Origin: a virus
Lineage: Duplodnaviria; Heunggongvirae; Uroviricota; Caudoviricetes
Strand: one strand, 5' to 3'
DNA: 50,417 nucleotides
IMG/VR virus record: IMGVR_UViG_2700989535_000003
This document shows positions 46,027 to 50,417 of the stretch, piece by piece (the first letter of the stretch is position 1; each line of letters opens with the position of its first letter). The position numbers and the translations under genes were made by a program. Under the pieces are notes generated by a model that worked only from the letters and a program-made list of their open reading frames with translations, made no database searches and was not told where the DNA came from.

Positions 46027-46214
46027 ATTCAGCATTTGCGCTTGTTCTGACAGTTTTTCTTGTTTCCGGAGAGCCAGTTGATATTGCAGTCAGTGTTCAC
46101 AGGACAATGCAGGAGTGTATGACTGCAGCAACCGAACAGAAAATTCCCGGTAACTGTTACCCGGTCGATAAAGTTATTCACCAGGATAATAACGAAATCC
46201 CGGCAGGTCTTTAA
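46023..46214 (+). CDS. ydfD: YdfD (small membrane lysis-associated protein)
   Basis: 63 aa MNSAFALVLTVFLVSGEPVDIAVSVHRTMQECMTAATEQKIPGNCYPVDKVIHQDNNEIPAGL; start overlaps dicB stop (ATGA). Confidence 0.65.
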   Translation: MNSAFALVLTVFLVSGEPVDIAVSVHRTMQECMTAATEQKIPGNCYPVDKVIHQDNNEIPAGL

Positions 46215-46306
46215 AACAGTTCCGTAATAAACATCCGATTTCATTCTTATATGCCAGCAATGGCAGGGATTTGTTCACCCTTAAATCTGTAATGAGGTAA
46301 AACAAA

Positions 46307-48778
46307 ATGAGTAAAGTCTTTATTTGCGCCGCCATTCCGGACGAACAGGCAATAAAGGAAGAAGGTGCCGTCGCTGTAGCCACTGCCATTGAAGCCGGTG
46401 ATGAACGTCGCGCCCGCGCAAAATTTCACTGGCAATTCCTGGAACATTATCCGGCTGCTCAGGACTGCGCTTATAAATTTCTTGTTTGCGAGGATAAACC
46501 CGGTATACCCCGCCCTGCCCTCGATTCCTGGGATGCTGAATATATGCAGGAAAACCGCTGGGATGAGGCGTCTGCTTCCTTTGTCCCGGTCGAGACTGAA
46601 TCCGATCCGATGAACGTCACTTTTGACAACCTAGCCCCTGAAGTACAGAACGCTGTCATGGTTAAGTTCGACACATGTGAAAACATCACTGTTGATATGG
46701 TGATTAGCGCACAGGAATTGTTGCAGGAAGACATGGCAACATTCGACGGCCATATCGTTGAAGCGTTGATGAAAATGCCAGAAGTTAACGCTATGTATCC
46801 GGAGCTTAAGCTGCATGCCATCGGGTGGGTTAAGCATAAATGTAAGCCTGGTGCCAAATGGCCCGAAATTCAGGCAGAGATGCGCATCTGGAAAAAACGT
46901 CGCGAAGGTGAACGCAAGGAAGCCGGAAAATACACGTCTGTTGTTGATCTCGCCCGCGCCAGAGCCAATCAACAGCACACTGAAAATTCAACAGGAAAAA
47001 TCAACCCGGTCATTGCTGCCATTCATCGCGAATACAAGCAGACATGGAAAACACTGGATGACGAACTGGCCTACGCTCTCTGGCCTGGTGATGTGGATGC
47101 CGGAAACATTGACGGCAGCATCCATCGCTGGGCAAAAAATGAAGTTATCGACAACGACCGCGAAGACTGGAAGCGTATCTCGGCATCAATGCGCAAACAG
47201 CCTGATGCCCTTCGCTACGACCGCCAGACTATTTTTGGCCTTGTCCGTGAACGTCCGATCGACATTCACAAAGACCCTGTGGCACTGAACAAATACATTA
47301 CTGAATACCTGACTACAAAGGGCGTGTTTGAAGATGAAGGAACAAATCAGAGCGCAACTGATACTCTCTCGTCGCCAGTACCAGAAACTGATGCAGTGGA
47401 AACGGCAATTCCAGACAACGAAAAAACCGAATGCAAAGTGGAAGTCGAACCATCTGTAGAACGTGAGGGGCCGTTCTACTTCCTCTTCACCGACAAGGAT
47501 GGCGAAAAATACGGTCGCGCAAATAAACTTTCTGGTCTGGATAAGGCGCTGTCTGCTGGGGCTACTGAAATCACGAAAGAAGAATATTTCGCCCGCAAAA
47601 ACGGTACATACTCAGGTTCACAACAAAATACTGGTGCATCTGACACGACCGCACAACCAGGGTCAGTAAAAGTTACCGCTGACGAAGTAAACAAAATTAT
47701 GCAGGCAGCCAATATCAGCCAGCCTGACGCCGATGAACTGCTTGCAGTATCACGTGGTGAATTTGTTGAAGGGATTAGCGACCCGAATGATCCGAAATGG
47801 ATTAAGGGGATCCAGACCCGCGATTCTGTGAACCAGAACCAGCAAGAAACGGAACAGAACGACCAGAAAGCGGAACAAAACAGCCCAAATACGCAACAAA
47901 ACGAGCCAGAAACGAAACAACCTGAACCAGTAGTGCAACAGGAACCGGAAAAGATCTGCACCGCCTGCGGTCAGAGCGGTGGCGGCAACTGCCCTGATTG
48001 TGGTGCGGTGATGGGTGACGCAACATACCAGGAAATATTCGATGGAGAGAATCAGCCTGAAGTTCAGGAAAATGATCCGGAGGAAATGGAAGGCACTGCG
48101 CATCAGCACAAGGAGAACACTGGCGGCAATCAGCATCATGCCAGCGATAGTGAAACTGGCGAGGCGTCAGATCCCTTAATTAAGGCAAACGGTCATCATA
48201 ATCTCACATCCACCAGCAGAGCGGGGATTCATCTGATGATCGACCTTGAAACCATGGGAAAAAATCCCGATGCCCCGATTATCTCAATAGGTGCAATATT
48301 TTTCGATCCGCAAACCGGAGATATGGGACCGGAATTTAGTAAGACTATCGATCTGGAAACTGCTGGCGGAGTCATTGATCGGGACACCATTAAATGGTGG
48401 CTTAAACAATCACGCGAAGCGCAATCTGCCATTATGACCGATGAAATCCCGTTAGATGATGCACTGTTACAATTGCGGGAATTTATCGACGAAAACTCCG
48501 GTGAATTTTTTGTTCATGTCTGGGGAAATGGAGCCAACTTCGACAACACGATTTTGCGCCGTTCATACGAACGGCAGGGGATCCCCTGCCCGTGGCGTTA
48601 CTACAACGATCGCGATGTACGCACAATCGTTGAGCTGGGGAAAGCCATAGACTTCGATGCCAGAACGGCTATTCCATTCGAAGGTGAGCGCCATAATGCA
48701 CTTGATGACGCCCGTTACCAGGCAAAATACGTTTCAGCTATCTGGCAAAAACTGATCCCGAGTCAGGCTGATTCTTAA
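46307..48778 (+). CDS. YdfE-like large early protein with C-terminal DEDDh-type 3'-5' exonuclease domain
   Basis: 823 aa; C-terminal LMIDLETMG...HVWGNGANFDNTIL...HNALDDARYQAKY (Exo I/II/III-like motifs); central Q/E/N-rich linker and CxxC-N8-CxxC zinc ribbon; occupies the exo position of the lambdoid map. Confidence 0.65.
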   Translation: MSKVFICAAIPDEQAIKEEGAVAVATAIEAGDERRARAKFHWQFLEHYPAAQDCAYKFLVCEDKPGIPRPALDSWDAEYMQENRWDEASASFVPVETESDPMNVTFDNLAPEVQNAVMVKFDTCENITVDMVISAQELLQEDMATFDGHIVEALMKMPEVNAMYPELKLHAIGWVKHKCKPGAKWPEIQAEMRIWKKRREGERKEAGKYTSVVDLARARANQQHTENSTGKINPVIAAIHREYKQTWKTLDDELAYALWPGDVDAGNIDGSIHRWAKNEVIDNDREDWKRISASMRKQPDALRYDRQTIFGLVRERPIDIHKDPVALNKYITEYLTTKGVFEDEGTNQSATDTLSSPVPETDAVETAIPDNEKTECKVEVEPSVEREGPFYFLFTDKDGEKYGRANKLSGLDKALSAGATEITKEEYFARKNGTYSGSQQNTGASDTTAQPGSVKVTADEVNKIMQAANISQPDADELLAVSRGEFVEGISDPNDPKWIKGIQTRDSVNQNQQETEQNDQKAEQNSPNTQQNEPETKQPEPVVQQEPEKICTACGQSGGGNCPDCGAVMGDATYQEIFDGENQPEVQENDPEEMEGTAHQHKENTGGNQHHASDSETGEASDPLIKANGHHNLTSTSRAGIHLMIDLETMGKNPDAPIISIGAIFFDPQTGDMGPEFSKTIDLETAGGVIDRDTIKWWLKQSREAQSAIMTDEIPLDDALLQLREFIDENSGEFFVHVWGNGANFDNTILRRSYERQGIPCPWRYYNDRDVRTIVELGKAIDFDARTAIPFEGERHNALDDARYQAKYVSAIWQKLIPSQADS

Positions 48779-48850
48779 TGTTCAACTGTCGCCGGTTGTG
48801 ACTGGTATTCTGCAACCGGCGCTCGTCTGATGTAAGAGATAAAGAAATCG

Positions 48851-49102
48851 ATGAGCGAAGTAATCATGATTGTCTCTCCCGGCAAATGGGTATCCGAAGA
48901 GCAGTTAATTGCGCTGAAAGGAATAAAAAAAGGTACGTTAAAAAAGGCCCGGGAAAAATCGTTTATGGAAGGAAGGGAATATAAGCATGTCGCTCATGAC
49001 GGTATGCCATGGGATAACAGTCCATGCTTTTACAACCTGGAAGAAATTGATCGCTGGATTGAGCGCCAGGCATCAGCAAGACCAAGACGTCATCTTACTT
49101 GA
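48851..49102 (+). CDS. xis: Excisionase-like protein (Xis)
   Basis: 83 aa directly upstream of int; GREY motif region resembling lambdoid excisionases. Confidence 0.55.
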   Translation: MSEVIMIVSPGKWVSEEQLIALKGIKKGTLKKAREKSFMEGREYKHVAHDGMPWDNSPCFYNLEEIDRWIERQASARPRRHLT

Positions 49103-49121
49103 CTAAAAGCCACACTAACTA

Positions 49122-50417
49122 ATGAGAGAAGTTGAAATGAAATATCCGACAGGCGTGGAAAACCATGGAGGGAAATTACGTATCTGGTTTGTTTATAAAG
49201 GCGTAAGAGTCAGGGAAAACCTGGGGGTTCCTGACACAGCAAAAAACAGGCGCGTTGCAGGTGAGCTACGCGCCTCTGTTTGTTACGCAATAAAAACTGG
49301 TGTTTTCGACTATGCAAAACAGTTTCCCTCCTCACGCAATCTGGAAAAATTTGGTGAGGCCCGACAAGATTTAACCATAAAAGAACTGGCTGAAAAATTT
49401 CTGGCACTGAAAGAAACTGAAGTCGCAAAAACATCACTCAACACATACCGTGCCGTCATCAAAAATATCCTGAGCATAATCGGTGAAAAAAATCTTGCCT
49501 CATCGATTAATAAAGAAAAATTACTGGAGGTTCGTAAAGAGCTACTGACTGGATACCAGATCCCCAAAAGTAACTATATTGTTACACAACCAGGGAGATC
49601 GGCTGTAACTGTAAATAATTACATGACAAATCTTAACGCCGTGTTCCAGTTTGGTGTTGATAACGGTTACCTGGCAGATAACCCGTTTAAGGGGATCTCG
49701 CCATTAAAGGAATCAAGAACCATTCCGGATCCTCTTTCGCGGGAGGAATTCATCCGTCTTATCGATGCGTGCAGAAATCAGCAAGCCAAAAATTTATGGT
49801 GTGTTTCTGTTTATACTGGCGTTCGCCCTGGTGAGCTGTGTGCACTTGGATGGGAGGACATAGATCTGAAAAATGGAACAATGATGATCAGGAGAAATTT
49901 AGCAAAAGACCGTTTCACGGTCCCAAAAACACAGGCGGGAACCAATCGGGTCATTCATCTTATTAAGCCAGCAATCGACGCTCTCCGGAGTCAGATGACA
50001 TTAACGAGACTGAGCAAAGAGCATATCATTGATGTTCACCTCAGAGAGTATGGCAGAACAGAAAAACATAAATGCACCTTTGTTTTTCAACCTGAAGTGT
50101 CAGCGAGAGTAAAAAATTATGGTGACCATTTTACCGTTGACTCAATAAGGCAGATGTGGGACGCAGCGATAAAACGTGCCGGACTCCGCCATCGAAAATC
50201 ATATCAGTCGAGACATACTTATGCCTGCTGGTCGCTGACAGCTGGTGCTAACCCGGCATTTATAGCAAACCAGATGGGCCATGCAGATGCGCAAATGGTA
50301 TTTCAGGTATACGGAAAATGGATGTCTGAAAACAATAATGCACAGGTAGCTTTGTTAAATACACAGTTAAGCGAGTTTGCCCCAACCATGCCCCATAACG
50401 AAGCAATGAAAAATTAA
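49122..50417 (+). CDS. int: Tyrosine-type site-specific integrase
   Basis: 431 aa; C-terminal catalytic region with R..H..R..Y signature (..RHTYACWSL.., ..MGHADAQMVFQVYGKW..); at the prophage edge. Confidence 0.9.
   Translation: MREVEMKYPTGVENHGGKLRIWFVYKGVRVRENLGVPDTAKNRRVAGELRASVCYAIKTGVFDYAKQFPSSRNLEKFGEARQDLTIKELAEKFLALKETEVAKTSLNTYRAVIKNILSIIGEKNLASSINKEKLLEVRKELLTGYQIPKSNYIVTQPGRSAVTVNNYMTNLNAVFQFGVDNGYLADNPFKGISPLKESRTIPDPLSREEFIRLIDACRNQQAKNLWCVSVYTGVRPGELCALGWEDIDLKNGTMMIRRNLAKDRFTVPKTQAGTNRVIHLIKPAIDALRSQMTLTRLSKEHIIDVHLREYGRTEKHKCTFVFQPEVSARVKNYGDHFTVDSIRQMWDAAIKRAGLRHRKSYQSRHTYACWSLTAGANPAFIANQMGHADAQMVFQVYGKWMSENNNAQVALLNTQLSEFAPTMPHNEAMKN

Noticed and set aside
46471-48139. Minus-strand ORFs (115-161 aa) inside the ydfE-like gene
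   Set aside because: Antisense to a long intact ORF that carries recognisable exonuclease motifs; translations are Cys/Phe-rich low-complexity.

Overview
Almost the whole window is one lambdoid prophage, read here in inverted orientation relative to the phage map. It is integrated at the 5' end of ydfJ (1..1284, N-terminally truncated MFS transporter). From left to right: ydfK and a Pin invertase; a lambda-type tail and head module on the minus strand (tfa, stf, lom, J, I, K, L, M, H, G-T, V, U, Z, FII, FI, E, D, C/Nu3, B, W, A, Nu1); a cos site matching lambda (cosN 26952..26963); a cold-shock moron cluster; a phage-21-type lysis cassette (pinholin, ydfR, SAR endolysin, Rz/Rz1); an AT-rich moron island between holin and Q (AraC-like regulator, DUF523-DUF1722 Fe-S protein, Blc-like lipocalin); Q; ydfU (DUF968); relBE-hokD; flxA with a sigma-28 promoter; an IS-like transposase; a SIR2-like gene followed by a 35-aa hydrophobic peptide; a replication module (O-like/DnaT-like); the dicC/dicA immunity switch; the dicB operon (ydfA, DicF sRNA, dicB, ydfD, ydfE-like exonuclease); xis and int at the right edge. 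The gene content parallels the defective Qin prophage of E. coli K-12 as I recall it, but with the structural and replication genes intact. The most interesting candidate is the SIR2-like gene plus small membrane peptide, a possible anti-phage module; second is the AraC/DUF523-DUF1722/lipocalin island inside the late operon. All identifications rest on reading the translations and recalled family motifs; no database search was run.
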